NCBI GenBank assembly: GCA_903894565.1 | Contig: CAITQP010000005.1 | Coordinates: 28,971-92,970, forward strand | Source: an uncultured bacterium | Lineage (GTDB): Bacteria > Patescibacteriota > Minisyncoccia > Phycocordibacterales > UBA9973 | Reading direction: 5' to 3' | Length of the DNA stretch: 64,000 nt | Shown here: positions 38,194-47,715 of the stretch, piece by piece | Layout of the letters: the number at the start of each line of letters is the position of its first letter | How positions within the stretch are numbered: the stretch's first letter is position 1 | Notes under the pieces: generated by a model | Databases searched by the model: none | What the model was told of the DNA's origin: nothing | Seen by the model: the letters and a program-made list of their open reading frames with translations, nothing else | Program-made: the position numbers and the translations under genes

Positions 38194-39432
38194 ATGCACA
38201 CAGTGAAAGAACAAGCCGAAAAGGCAAAACAGGCATCTCATATTTTGCGCAAAGCTTCGAGCACCGCAAAAAACGAGTTTCTTCGAGTGCTCGCCACAGA
38301 GCTCGAACAGAAGCTTCCACTCATTCTTTCCGAAAACCAAATTGATCTCGACGAGAATCCAACCATCACAAGCGCTATGCGAAAGCGTTTGCTTTTGAGT
38401 GAGCAAGGACTTACCAGTATCATTGCTGGTGTTCGCGAGATGCTCGACTTTCCAGATCCTGTTGGATCAATCGTCAAAGATACTGTTCGCCCTGATGGGC
38501 TCCGTATCAAAAAGGTCCGCGCTCCGATCGGCGTCATTGCCTGTATTTTTGAGTCACGTCCAAACGTCATCATCGATGTCGCTATTTTGTGTGTCAAAAG
38601 TGGCAACGCCGTCATCGTTCGTGGTGGAAAGGAGGCAGCACACTCAAATACGATTTTGCTCTCATGTATCGAAACTGCACTTAAGGCCTCAGGTCTCCCA
38701 ACAGAATCTGTACAGCAACTCGAGGATCGTCGTCACGAAGCAGTCTATGAACTCGTCGCCATGGAAGAATATCTCGACCTCGTCATTCCGCGTGGACGCA
38801 AAGAGCTCATTGATGCAGTGTCGGCACACTCACGTGTGCCTGTCATGAAGCACTCTCGCGGACTCTGTCACTGTTATATCGATGTTGACGCAAATCCCGA
38901 GAAAGCAGTCGCGATTGCGGTGAACGCAAAGACTTCAAACCCAGCAACCTGTAACTCAATTGAAACGATTCTTGTGCACAAAGATATTGCGGACAGTGTT
39001 ATGCCCGAATTACTCAAACAATTGTTCGCTAAGAATGTTGAAGTGCGTGGTGATGAAAAAACTCGCGCATACTCACCTTTGTGTAAGGTTGCGACCGAAG
39101 ATGATTGGGCGGAAGAATATCTCGATCTCGTGGTCTCAATCAAAATCGTGGATTCATACGCCGATGCAATTCATCATATTGATACATACAGTTCACATCT
39201 TACAGACTCAATCGTGACTGAAAACAAAACAACAGCACAAACATTTGAGCTCGATATTGATAGTGCCTCAGTGCTCGTGAATGCTTCAAATCGATTGACC
39301 GACGGAGGAGTGTTCGGTCTCGGTGGCGAAATTGGTATCAGTACGTGTCGTATTCACATGCGCGGACCAATGGGGCTCGAAGACCTTACGGTAACGAAAT
39401 ATATCGTCGAGGGCGACGGTCATATTCGTTAA
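38194..39432 (+). CDS. proA: Gamma-glutamyl phosphate reductase
   Basis: PIGVIACIFESRPNV, KSGNAVIVRGG, PATCNSIET, DGGVFGLGGEIGIST, RGPMGLE. Confidence 0.96.
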   Translation: MHTVKEQAEKAKQASHILRKASSTAKNEFLRVLATELEQKLPLILSENQIDLDENPTITSAMRKRLLLSEQGLTSIIAGVREMLDFPDPVGSIVKDTVRPDGLRIKKVRAPIGVIACIFESRPNVIIDVAILCVKSGNAVIVRGGKEAAHSNTILLSCIETALKASGLPTESVQQLEDRRHEAVYELVAMEEYLDLVIPRGRKELIDAVSAHSRVPVMKHSRGLCHCYIDVDANPEKAVAIAVNAKTSNPATCNSIETILVHKDIADSVMPELLKQLFAKNVEVRGDEKTRAYSPLCKVATEDDWAEEYLDLVVSIKIVDSYADAIHHIDTYSSHLTDSIVTENKTTAQTFELDIDSASVLVNASNRLTDGGVFGLGGEIGISTCRIHMRGPMGLEDLTVTKYIVEGDGHIR

Positions 39433-39436
39433 TCCT

Positions 39437-40513
39437 ATGAACAAAGACCTCTACATCATTAAAATTGGAACGAATGCGTTGGTGAATACTGACGGCACGA
39501 TTATTGATTCGAGTGTTACTGAAATTTTGCAATCTGCAAAAGAAGCGATGAGTCGGGGAGTCAATGTGCTTGTCGTTACAAGTGGGGCAGCTCGTCTCGG
39601 AAGACTTGCTCTCAATGATCTTGCTACTCCCAAAAAAATTGCAACTTGTGTCGGTCAGCCGATTTTATTCAGCGCTTGGCAGGAACGCGCAAAAAAAGAA
39701 AATATTATACTCGCTGAATTTTTAATTTCACGTTCTTCAATCATCCGCAAAGAACTATTCATGTTGCTTCGCGATACATTCAATTGTTTGTTTGAGCGTG
39801 GCATTATTCCTGTCGTGAACGAAAACGATGTGATGGTCAACGGCACGAACCTTTCGTTTGGAGAGGGAGGCAACGACAGCCTCGCCCAAGTCCTTGCTGT
39901 CGCACTGAAAGCGACCAAGCTCATAATCGTCTCAGATATTGAAGGGCTGTGTGATAGTGATCCACGAGAGAATCCAAATGCAAAGGTGATCGCCGAGGTT
40001 GATGACATTACGGAGAAATTCATTAGTCTTTGTTCAAAGAGTAAATCGTCACACAGTACTGGAGGAATGCTTTCGAAGCTTAAATCAATTCGTATTTGTA
40101 CAGCAGTAGGTATTGAGTCATACATTGTGAGTGGCTTAAAATATGGAAATCTAACAAAGGTTGTTCGTGGAGAACAAGCTGGAACAAAGTTTCTTCCTCG
40201 GCCACTCGGTAAAAAAGTTACCGAACGTGAACGATGGATATTGGCTGCAAAAAGTTCGACAGGTTCACTTGTTATCGACAAAGGGGCAGTCGAGGCTGTT
40301 CAAAATGGGGCGAGCCTGCTCGCTGTTGGTGTGAAGAAAGTCTACGGATATTTTAATGAAAAAGAGGTGATCGAGATCGTAGACCAAAAAAATCAAGGCA
40401 TCGCTTTTGGTATTGTTGATATGTCGTGTGTCGATATCGACACCATGCTTCGCACGAAAGACATGCACCAAAAATTACTCGTGCATGCGAACAATTTATT
40501 TTTGTTAAAATAA
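39437..40513 (+). CDS. proB: Glutamate 5-kinase with PUA domain
   Basis: IIKIGT, VTSGA, PVVNEND, GNDSLA, TGGMLSKL, PUA GASLLAVGV. Confidence 0.95.
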   Translation: MNKDLYIIKIGTNALVNTDGTIIDSSVTEILQSAKEAMSRGVNVLVVTSGAARLGRLALNDLATPKKIATCVGQPILFSAWQERAKKENIILAEFLISRSSIIRKELFMLLRDTFNCLFERGIIPVVNENDVMVNGTNLSFGEGGNDSLAQVLAVALKATKLIIVSDIEGLCDSDPRENPNAKVIAEVDDITEKFISLCSKSKSSHSTGGMLSKLKSIRICTAVGIESYIVSGLKYGNLTKVVRGEQAGTKFLPRPLGKKVTERERWILAAKSSTGSLVIDKGAVEAVQNGASLLAVGVKKVYGYFNEKEVIEIVDQKNQGIAFGIVDMSCVDIDTMLRTKDMHQKLLVHANNLFLLK

Positions 40514-40522
40514 AATTCCAAT

Positions 40523-41332
40523 ATGAAAAACCCACAACATATTTGTATTATCGGTGCTGGAGCAATGGGCGGAGCTATCGCGGGGGCTCTTGCTATCGGT
40601 GCAGTGAAGAATGATTGGAAGATTACGGTGATCGCTCGACATATGGAAAAGCTCGAGCAGCTAAAACGTGCTCATCGCTTGATTGGCATTTCAACTCAGT
40701 ACGATTCACTTACACATGCAGATATTGTGATTATTGCGGTTAAGCCGCAGTCATTTGATGAGTTGGCAAGTGAGATATCTTCAGCCTTGAATAAGAATGC
40801 GTTACTTGTCTCAGTAATGGCTGGCCGTTCGATCGGCAGTATAGCCAAAGTTTTTTCAAACAAGCGTATTGTTCGTGCTATGCCAAACCTCGGTGCACAA
40901 TTCTTTGAGTCAATGACTATCTGGACGGGAAGTGGTTTAACAAAGAAAGATACGACATTTACAAAAAAAGTTTTGTCGTCTATCGGTGAAGAATTGTGTG
41001 TCACAAATGAAGACCTTGTCGACAAAGCAACCGCAGTGTCAGCGAGTGGCGTTGGATTTTTGGCATACATGACTGAGGCCTATATCGAGGAGACTGAAGC
41101 ACTTGGATTTTCTCGCGAAGATGCGGAACGTGTTGTGCTCCAAACACTCAAGGCGACAAATACTATTTTACAAAAGAAAGAAAAAACGCCTGAGCAACTT
41201 CGTGTCGCGGTAACCTCGAAGGCAGGAACGACGGAAGCTGGACTTTCGGTTTTGATGGGTAAGTCACTTCGCTCGATTTTCGAGAGGACATTCAAAAAAG
41301 CATACCAGCGTGCAAAAGCGCTTGCACGATAA
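40523..41332 (+). CDS. proC: Pyrroline-5-carboxylate reductase
   Basis: IIGAGAMG, AVKPQ, RAMPN, VTSKAGTTEAGL. Confidence 0.95.
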   Translation: MKNPQHICIIGAGAMGGAIAGALAIGAVKNDWKITVIARHMEKLEQLKRAHRLIGISTQYDSLTHADIVIIAVKPQSFDELASEISSALNKNALLVSVMAGRSIGSIAKVFSNKRIVRAMPNLGAQFFESMTIWTGSGLTKKDTTFTKKVLSSIGEELCVTNEDLVDKATAVSASGVGFLAYMTEAYIEETEALGFSREDAERVVLQTLKATNTILQKKEKTPEQLRVAVTSKAGTTEAGLSVLMGKSLRSIFERTFKKAYQRAKALAR

Positions 41333-41408
41333 AATGAGTACCGTATAATAGAAGGGAAACATGCCCAATCGGGTAATTTATTAGTAACGTTTCGAAAAAA
41401 TAAATTAT

Positions 41409-41663
41409 ATGATGAAAAAATGTATGTGTATGCCTGCGAAGGTCGGTGGTCTCCTTGTTTTCGTCGGAGGTTTGAACTGGGGTCTTGTTGGTCTCGGTAT
41501 GTTCTTCGGTGGTAATTGGAACCTCGTCACTTTGCTCCTTGGCTCATGGCCAAAGCTTGAGGCTCTCGTCTACGTTCTCGTAGGTGTTGCCGCTGTTATG
41601 ATGCTCTTCGGATGCAAGTGTGCAAAATGCAAGGCTTGTATGACTGGTGCTGCACAGCAGTAA
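41409..41663 (+). CDS. DUF378-like small membrane protein with Cys-rich termini
   Basis: LVFVGGLNWGLVGL...NLVT.LLG......VYVLVGVAA; CMC at the N-terminus and CKCAKCKAC at the C-terminus. Confidence 0.8.
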   Translation: MMKKCMCMPAKVGGLLVFVGGLNWGLVGLGMFFGGNWNLVTLLLGSWPKLEALVYVLVGVAAVMMLFGCKCAKCKACMTGAAQQ

Positions 41664-41679
41664 TTGACGGTTTTGCTTA

Positions 41680-41720
41680 GAAAAAGGCCGGTTTTCGCTC
41701 CGCGAAAACCGGCCTTTTTC
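41680..41720. terminator. 19-bp perfect hairpin terminator
   Basis: GAAAAAGGCCGGTTTTCGC-TCC-GCGAAAACCGGCCTTTTTC. Confidence 0.8.
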
Positions 41721-41765
41721 AATGGATTTCGGAGCAATTTTGTGCTATAATACAAAAATACCCTT

Positions 41766-43013
41766 ATGGAGCAAGTGTTTAGCTTTATATTCTATATTTT
41801 CACCTTTCTCGCCGTTTACGTCGAGGTTTTTTTTCTTGTCACATACCTTGAGCGCCGCAAAGACATCGTTGTTCGACTCGATGATAAGCCCAATCGTGTT
41901 TACCCAAGCGTAACGGTTATTGTTCCGTGCTGGAACGAACAGACAACTGTTCAAGGTACAGTTGAATCATTGCTCGCGCTTGATTACCCAAAAGACAAAA
42001 TCAAAATAATGCTTGTTGATGACGGCTCTACCGATAATACATGGAATGTATTACAACAATTTGCGCATACTCCTAATATCGAAGTGATCCACAAGGAGAA
42101 TGGTGGCAAACATACAGCAATGAATCTTGGTATCGAAAAAGCAACAACAGAAATGATTGGTTGTTTGGATGCTGACTCATATGTAACACCATCCGCTTTG
42201 AAGCGAATGATTCCATATTTTGATGAGCCAGGTGTGATGGCGGTTTCTCCTTCGATTATTGTCAAAGATCCAAAACGACCGATTGAGTGGGCACAAAAAA
42301 TCGAATACCAGCTCTCCGTATATATTAAAAAAATGCTTGGGTTGATGAATGGTATTCACGTAACCCCTGGGCCATTCTCTATCTATCGTATCGAAGTATT
42401 CCAGCAACTTGGCCCGTACCGCGAAGCTCACAAAACTGAAGATATGGAGATTGCGTATCGTATGCATGAGGCTGGTATGCGTATCGAGCAGTGTCATGAT
42501 GCACAAGTCTTTACCAAGACTCCGCCAACTGCTGTAGCGCTGTACAAACAACGCAAGCGTTGGATTTATGGTTTTATCAATAACACTATTGATTATCGCC
42601 GTTTGATATTTAAAGAAAAGTACGGCGCGTTCGCGCTCTTCACGATTCCAGCAGGAGTTGTTTCGATTTTTTCCGCAATATATCTGTTCATTTTTATGAT
42701 CTATACGTTTGTAAAATTTATTACAAATAAATTTGTTCAATTTCAAGCCGTTGGCGTTCATGTGAGTACCGTTGTTCAACCACAGCAATTTAGCTGGTTT
42801 TATGTAAGTACTCAAGCTGTATTTCTCATCACAGTCCTTTTGTATGGATTCGTATTTACTTCGCTTATGATTGGTGCAAGGATGTCGACGGGGAAGTGGA
42901 AGCCGTCATTCGCCATGGTGTGGTATATCGCAATCTATAGTATTATTGCACCACTGTGGATTATGCGGGCTGTGATTAATACCGTGTTCAGACGTGAGAC
43001 GGCGTGGAGATAA
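41766..43013 (+). CDS. Processive GT2 glycosyltransferase (IcaA/PgaC/cellulose-synthase-like)
   Basis: VDDGSTD, DADS, TED and QRKRW motifs; N- and C-terminal TM helices. Confidence 0.92.
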   Translation: MEQVFSFIFYIFTFLAVYVEVFFLVTYLERRKDIVVRLDDKPNRVYPSVTVIVPCWNEQTTVQGTVESLLALDYPKDKIKIMLVDDGSTDNTWNVLQQFAHTPNIEVIHKENGGKHTAMNLGIEKATTEMIGCLDADSYVTPSALKRMIPYFDEPGVMAVSPSIIVKDPKRPIEWAQKIEYQLSVYIKKMLGLMNGIHVTPGPFSIYRIEVFQQLGPYREAHKTEDMEIAYRMHEAGMRIEQCHDAQVFTKTPPTAVALYKQRKRWIYGFINNTIDYRRLIFKEKYGAFALFTIPAGVVSIFSAIYLFIFMIYTFVKFITNKFVQFQAVGVHVSTVVQPQQFSWFYVSTQAVFLITVLLYGFVFTSLMIGARMSTGKWKPSFAMVWYIAIYSIIAPLWIMRAVINTVFRRETAWR

Positions 43014-43032
43014 CAGAATTAATTTTATATAT

Positions 43033-43716
43033 ATGAATCAAAACAATACAACAAATGTAGAACATGATACTGGCTGGTCAAAATACCTCGTTGTTTTTCT
43101 TATTACCCTTGGTATTTTTGTAACTATTTTTTATGTAAGTGATGTATTAACCAAGCGAAAACTCGCTGAGCTTAATACTATTCAGAATAATATTTCTGTA
43201 GACCTTCTTTCAGCAGAAACTCAGTATTCGCTCCTTGGTGAATTAGATTGTTCTCAGGTAACAAGTACGGTACTTTCTGACCAATTGAATGATCTTTCAA
43301 AAAAGATTGAGTATCTTGAGAATTCGAGTGGTAAATCTGACGAACTTACACAGCTTGAAAAACAATATTCATTGCTTGAAATTAAAGACTACCTTCTCAT
43401 GAAAGAGATCACGAATCGTTGTGGTCAGAAATCAGTTTTTATCTTGTATTTCTATACAACAAGTGACAACTGTAGTGAGTGTGTGAAGCAAGGCTATGTA
43501 CTTACCGATCTTCGACAAAAATATCCAGCGCTCCGCGTGTACTCATTCGACTATGGATTGAACCTCTCTGCAGTTGAGACACTCATCAAGATTTATGATA
43601 TTAAGGACACCGAACTTCCAGCGCTTGTGTCTGATAGGCAGGTGTATACGGGATTCCATAGTGTTGCAGATATCGAAAAACTGATTCCGAAGCTGAAGGC
43701 GACGTTGCCGAAATAG
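43033..43716 (+). CDS. Membrane-anchored coiled-coil protein with thioredoxin-like C-terminal domain
   Basis: TM, helical region, then LYFYT...CSEC...QGYVL...VYSFD...LPALV. Confidence 0.7.
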   Translation: MNQNNTTNVEHDTGWSKYLVVFLITLGIFVTIFYVSDVLTKRKLAELNTIQNNISVDLLSAETQYSLLGELDCSQVTSTVLSDQLNDLSKKIEYLENSSGKSDELTQLEKQYSLLEIKDYLLMKEITNRCGQKSVFILYFYTTSDNCSECVKQGYVLTDLRQKYPALRVYSFDYGLNLSAVETLIKIYDIKDTELPALVSDRQVYTGFHSVADIEKLIPKLKATLPK

Positions 43717-43796
43717 GGAACTAATGCACAGATTTGTACCTTAATATACTTTCTATTTGCTATAATAGAAGGGTCAGATGTCCTAGGGGGCTTCTA

Positions 43797-43831
43797 TTGA
43801 CTTTTTAGTATAATTAAGGTATAATATAAGT
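43797..43831 (+). promoter_or_regulatory. Consensus sigma70 promoter, leaderless configuration
   Basis: TTGACT(43797)-17nt-TATAAT(43820)-6nt-ATG(43832). Confidence 0.8.
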
Positions 43832-44122
43832 ATGAATAATATCGAACAGTTCGTAGACGAGCTCGTTTCGGCAAAAGGGTTCGATGAAAAAGATCCTGAA
43901 GTCCTCGCAGAAATAAAACGCGGGGTAATGAGTCGTTTAGAAGATAGAATCAATGCAATGGTGCTCGCCAATTTGCCAGAAGATTCTCTTGATGATTTCA
44001 ATAAAGTTCTCGATGCTGATAATGAGGAGCAGATGATTTCATTCGTCAAAAAATACGTTCCTGATCTCGATGAAAAGGTCGCAGGCGAAATGCTTGCTTT
44101 TAGAAGTGCTTACCTAGGATAA
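43832..44122 (+). CDS. Small acidic helical protein (DUF5663-like)
   Basis: 96 aa, acidic; LEDRINAMVLANLPED.LDDF......EEQM..F..KYVPDL pattern recalled from CPR DUF5663 proteins. Confidence 0.65.
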   Translation: MNNIEQFVDELVSAKGFDEKDPEVLAEIKRGVMSRLEDRINAMVLANLPEDSLDDFNKVLDADNEEQMISFVKKYVPDLDEKVAGEMLAFRSAYLG

Positions 44123-44127
44123 TTTTT

Positions 44128-47100
44128 ATGTCAAATAAAGCACCCGCACCCGCACCCGCACCCGCACCTACACCTGCAAACGAAAAACAGGTTTTTAAGG
44201 CTGCTATCGTAAACACCACGAAGATGGTGGAAGCGCATATTACTGATGTTGCGGACGCTCGCATGACGGCCTCAAAAGAGGACCGAAACAAGAATTGGTT
44301 TAAACGAAAGATTGATAAAATTTGGAAGCATGATCTCATGCAGGAATTTTATCGTCAACGTGAAATATCAAAAGTTCGAAAGGAAATTGCGGATACGGGC
44401 AATTTTTATGCTGGAGACAAAGAGATCATTGATTCAAACGAAGCCAAGGAAGCGATGCTTGCAATTACAGATCGTTTTACCGACGAGCTTCGTGACGAAA
44501 TGTTGACAAAGGAAGAGAAAGATTCGATTGATGAGAATTCGCGTTCCAGCCAGGAAATGAATGATCTCGTACGCAAATATGCTGATACAACGCATGTAAT
44601 GTCAGATCAGGCATTTGAGGAAGAAAAGAAGCGTATAATCGCAAATCTTGACCCAACGTACAAAGACAAACGTGAGGTATATGCCGACAATATACTTGAG
44701 ATAGCAAAAAACGTTCGCCAAGCGGTTGCCAACGGTCAGAAGCTTGAAGAGCTCGACTTTGACGTTGATATTACACTCGGAAGTACCCGTGGACGCATGC
44801 AAACAGCAGCGCACCACAATGCCTTTGATAAGGGTGTTGAAAAACTACAGAATTCAAAACTCGGGAAGTTCCTTGTGAATACTCCAGGTGCTATCGCGCT
44901 CTCAGCAGCAGTTTATTCAGTGGGCAAATATGCATTTACAAAAGTTGCACGTACTGATGCAGCAAAAATTGCGAGTTTTGGTGGTACGGCAGTGATCTCA
45001 GGAACTGTTGCGGCTACAAAAGAAGCTGCACGTTTGAACCGCGAGCGTGCTCAGCATCATCGCGAAAAAGCCAAAGGAGTTACATTTGAGGGTGACGACA
45101 TGAAGCGTCGTAACTCAATGAATACTACTTCATACGAAACACAAAAAGCTACGGAAGTCACCACACTGCTTGCGGGTGATCTCGCGAAGGTTGAAGCTGG
45201 CAATATGCAGCCTGCTGACCTTGATATGATTATCGCGCACATCGCAAATCTTCGCGCTCGAAAGTCGCTTGGAGAAGATCGTCATATTGACCTTGTTACT
45301 TACTCTAGTTTAAAGATGATGGAGAAAGAGGGTAAAGAGCTCGACAAAACCGAGGCTAAATTGGTTGTGGCTCTTCGTAAAGGAGTCGAATCTGGAAAGA
45401 TAGTTTTCGACAAAGAGACAGATGATTTTGATACATATCTGAGTCAGCAAATATATACGCAAGAACGTGCGTTGCTTGGTGGTGAATCTGGTATCGAAAA
45501 AAAGGATCAAGCGTTTACTAAAATGAAAGCGAAGCGCACTGCTTGGGCTTTTGTGAAGTCAGCAACACTTGGTGCCGGTATCGGGGCTGTATTCCAAGAA
45601 GCGCATGCCCTCCTTTCTGACGATCTCGACGGAGTACTTGAGGGTATGAGTAAACACTTACATCAGGGCACGACAGGTGGCTTTACAGAGCACGCTACAG
45701 CGCTTGAGGCACTGCGTCGCCACTTCAACCACGAAGACGTTCCTCGACTTGCAGATACGGGTGCAGGTCACGAGTATCTTATGAATGGTGGTGCAACAAC
45801 AATGCACACTCCAGATGGAGCAACGGTTACCGTGAATCCAGATGGTACATACAATATCATGCGAGGTAATGACGTGCTTGAGAAGAATCTTCCACTAGAG
45901 TTTGATAAGACGACTGGAGATCTTCTGCCAACATCCCGTGCATTGCTTCAAAAAGATGGAATTTTTGCGAACTTCAGCCAGACGACACAGCATGGTAGTG
46001 GCCCAATGAGTGCGGAGGATTACATCAAGAGTCACAATGGTGATTTTACCAAAGTCCACCGACATACTTTCTATGACAATAATACTGCTGATAAACCAGA
46101 CTTGAACGAAAAACGCGAGTATTGGGGCGGCGAGAATGGAACCGGTGTCAATGCGAAAGGAAACTATGAATTTAGAACGGGCGTAAAGGCAGGTGGATCA
46201 TTCCATGGGAATGATGCATTCGATGTACCTGAAGCAATCAAAAAAGGCGGAATCGTAAAGATGGCATTCTCGGTCACTCGTGGGACTCAGCATGAAGTTA
46301 TCATGCTTCCAGTGTCATCTGTTGATGAACACGGTAATGCAATATTTGAAATCGACAAGGACAGTGCTCTCGGTAAGGATTTGTTCGAAGTGAACGCGGA
46401 TGGACATGCCGTTTTCAAAGGCCAATTTGCCGAACTTATTGAAGACTCAGGCAAAGCAGCTGATGGAGCAGAGAACATCAATATCATTGCAACGCACATC
46501 GGACTTGGACAAGCTGATACTATTGTTGGAGGGGTAGACAAAGTCGTGCCACATCTTAAACTGGATATTCCTGGTTCGTGGGATTATGAAATGCCAATGG
46601 TTGTTCCAATCTTGGGACGTCGTCCACTTGAATCAGGCAAGGCGCCTGCTAAAAAGAAGCGACCAAATGAGGACCCACACGGACCAGCTGATCCAAACGC
46701 ACCAACGCCACATGGACCTGACGGCGTACCGCTCAAAGCTAAGGATAAACTTCCTCCAAGTAAGTTTACAATTCGAAAATTCGTTGGAGAAAAGCCTGAG
46801 GACAAATATTCTGGTCTTACACAGGACTTAGAAGTATATGAGAAAGCTCGATTGGCTGGTGGTTCTGAATTTTCTGTAAATAGTAAGGATTTGAAATCAA
46901 CAGGCTTCAAAGAAATTTTAAGAAAGCACGCTCAAGTGACTAAAACACCAGGATCGGATGAAGAGACGTATGCCGTTACGCTTGATGCACGCGGAAAAAT
47001 TGCTGATGCATTATATAAGGCAAATCAGGCTGAGGTCAAAAGAAGTAATCTAAAAGTCCAAGCAATGGGTCACAATCCGCTTTTGGAAGATCTCGATAAG

Positions 47101-47547
47101 TATGCCCACGAGACTATGAAACCTGTGTCAAAAGAAGATTTTACAAAAAAATATCTTCCAAAGTTGATTCAAGAAGCATTCCGCGGATATGGAAATATCG
47201 AGGTGCCTGATAATGCATTTTTGTCCTCGAAGTCACGTGTTCTGCCTGCGAATGAATTCGTCGGGAACCTTGATATCAAAGTGAAGCCTTCGAAAGGAAG
47301 CAAAAAGGTTGATGCCAAGATCGACAATCTTAAATTCATAATGAAGGACGGCAAATTGGAGGTAGCGAAAGGATATACATTTACGAATCCAGATGAAACG
47401 AAGGATGTTCGCGATACTGTAAATAAGGTATTAACGGACTTCGGAAGCGTTTTCGACAAGGATCTTTCAGGCCTATTCGGTGAAAAACTTAAGAGCTTGA
47501 AGATGAATGGAGGTAACGTTGATGTTCTTACAACCAAGAAAGTATAA
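44128..47547 (+). CDS. Large hypothetical modular protein (1139 aa)
   Basis: Long uninterrupted ORF: (AP)n N-terminus, helical region with G/A-rich hydrophobic segments, beta-rich middle, Pro-rich linker, Lys-rich C-terminal domain. Confidence 0.85.
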   Translation: MSNKAPAPAPAPAPTPANEKQVFKAAIVNTTKMVEAHITDVADARMTASKEDRNKNWFKRKIDKIWKHDLMQEFYRQREISKVRKEIADTGNFYAGDKEIIDSNEAKEAMLAITDRFTDELRDEMLTKEEKDSIDENSRSSQEMNDLVRKYADTTHVMSDQAFEEEKKRIIANLDPTYKDKREVYADNILEIAKNVRQAVANGQKLEELDFDVDITLGSTRGRMQTAAHHNAFDKGVEKLQNSKLGKFLVNTPGAIALSAAVYSVGKYAFTKVARTDAAKIASFGGTAVISGTVAATKEAARLNRERAQHHREKAKGVTFEGDDMKRRNSMNTTSYETQKATEVTTLLAGDLAKVEAGNMQPADLDMIIAHIANLRARKSLGEDRHIDLVTYSSLKMMEKEGKELDKTEAKLVVALRKGVESGKIVFDKETDDFDTYLSQQIYTQERALLGGESGIEKKDQAFTKMKAKRTAWAFVKSATLGAGIGAVFQEAHALLSDDLDGVLEGMSKHLHQGTTGGFTEHATALEALRRHFNHEDVPRLADTGAGHEYLMNGGATTMHTPDGATVTVNPDGTYNIMRGNDVLEKNLPLEFDKTTGDLLPTSRALLQKDGIFANFSQTTQHGSGPMSAEDYIKSHNGDFTKVHRHTFYDNNTADKPDLNEKREYWGGENGTGVNAKGNYEFRTGVKAGGSFHGNDAFDVPEAIKKGGIVKMAFSVTRGTQHEVIMLPVSSVDEHGNAIFEIDKDSALGKDLFEVNADGHAVFKGQFAELIEDSGKAADGAENINIIATHIGLGQADTIVGGVDKVVPHLKLDIPGSWDYEMPMVVPILGRRPLESGKAPAKKKRPNEDPHGPADPNAPTPHGPDGVPLKAKDKLPPSKFTIRKFVGEKPEDKYSGLTQDLEVYEKARLAGGSEFSVNSKDLKSTGFKEILRKHAQVTKTPGSDEETYAVTLDARGKIADALYKANQAEVKRSNLKVQAMGHNPLLEDLDKYAHETMKPVSKEDFTKKYLPKLIQEAFRGYGNIEVPDNAFLSSKSRVLPANEFVGNLDIKVKPSKGSKKVDAKIDNLKFIMKDGKLEVAKGYTFTNPDETKDVRDTVNKVLTDFGSVFDKDLSGLFGEKLKSLKMNGGNVDVLTTKKV
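44140..44169 (+). repeat. In-frame hexamer microsatellite (GCACCC)n encoding Ala-Pro
   Basis: GCACCC x4 followed by GCACCT. Confidence 0.85.
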
Positions 47548-47566
47548 GGTACATAGATAGACACAC

Positions 47567-47603
47567 AAATAAAAAACCGGCACTTTGTGCCGGTTTTTTA
47601 TTT
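47567..47603. terminator. Bidirectional terminator
   Basis: AAATAAAAAACCGGCAC-TTT-GTGCCGGTTTTTTATTT between the large ORF and the convergent tRNA. Confidence 0.8.
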
Positions 47604-47609
47604 AACTTG

Positions 47610-47682
47610 AGCCGCTTCTCGGACTCGAACCGAGGACCCACGCTTTACAAAAGCGTTGCTCTACCAACTGAGCTAAAGCGGC
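47610..47682 (-). tRNA. tRNA-Thr(UGU)
   Basis: GCCGCTTTAGCTCAGTTGGTAGAGCA-ACGCT-TTTGTAA-AGCGT-GGGTCCTCGGTTCGAGTCCGAG-AAGCGGCT; CCA not encoded. Confidence 0.95.
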
Positions 47683-47715
47683 TTGGTCGGTCGCGTGAGC
47701 GACCGAATCATCCTA

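Noticed and set aside
38134-47682. Integrative island anchored at tRNA-Thr
   Set aside because: Accessory-looking genes lie next to the tRNA 3' end, but no integrase and no duplicated tRNA 3' fragment (att site) was seen.
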